Under the pieces are notes generated by a model. That model saw only the letters and a program-made list of their open reading frames with translations. It was not told the origin of the DNA and ran no database searches. This document shows positions 63,880-64,000 of a stretch of DNA of 64,000 bases, piece after piece (the first letter of the stretch is position 1; every line of letters begins with the position of its first letter). Source of the DNA: Malacoraja senta (lineage: Eukaryota); assembly GCA_038087875.1 (NCBI GenBank), contig CM075988.1, forward strand, positions 10,356,001 to 10,420,000, written 5' to 3'. Position numbers and translations under genes: made by a program.

Positions 63880-63881
<2 letters not shown>
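62784..63881. mobile_element. Probable Helentron-associated (HINE/DINE-like) non-autonomous element with internal tandem repeats
   Basis: Starts ACTAGAC plus hairpin GGGACCC..GGGCCCC; ends GAGTTTTAGT into (AT)n; internal duplication of about 410 bp; no TSD seen. Confidence 0.5.

Positions 63882-63957
<76 letters not shown>
63882..63957. repeat. (AT)n microsatellite
   Basis: Directly visible. Confidence 0.97.
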
Positions 63958-63959
<2 letters not shown>

Positions 63960-64000
63960 ATAGCTATATCCATATCTATATCTATATATATCCATATTAC

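Overview
Eukaryotic, repeat-dense vertebrate DNA. The repeat set (V-SINE/HE1-like SINEs, CR1, Penelope, Rex/Babar, L1/Tx1, DIRS) suggests a cartilaginous fish, probably a skate or ray; this is inference. There are no prokaryotic genes, RNA genes or CRISPR arrays. Main content: three decayed DIRS1-type tyrosine-recombinase retrotransposons (8218-12715 minus, 35894-40134 plus, about 41512-44585 minus) that keep their termini and internal complementary regions (ICRs); a young 5'-truncated L1 with a 13-bp TSD (59151-62392); a CR1 with an in-frame deletion of its RT active site (32955-34430); about 20 Penelope-derived units carrying a minimal hammerhead-ribozyme core; PIF/Harbinger and Tc1/mariner MITEs, one nested in reverse in a relative; a GC-rich composite non-autonomous retroelement family with a VNTR and swappable LINE-type tails; and a Helentron-like element at the right end. 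A few candidate host exons exist (best 24801-25044 minus), but no host gene could be named. All calls come from reading the sequence; no database search was run.
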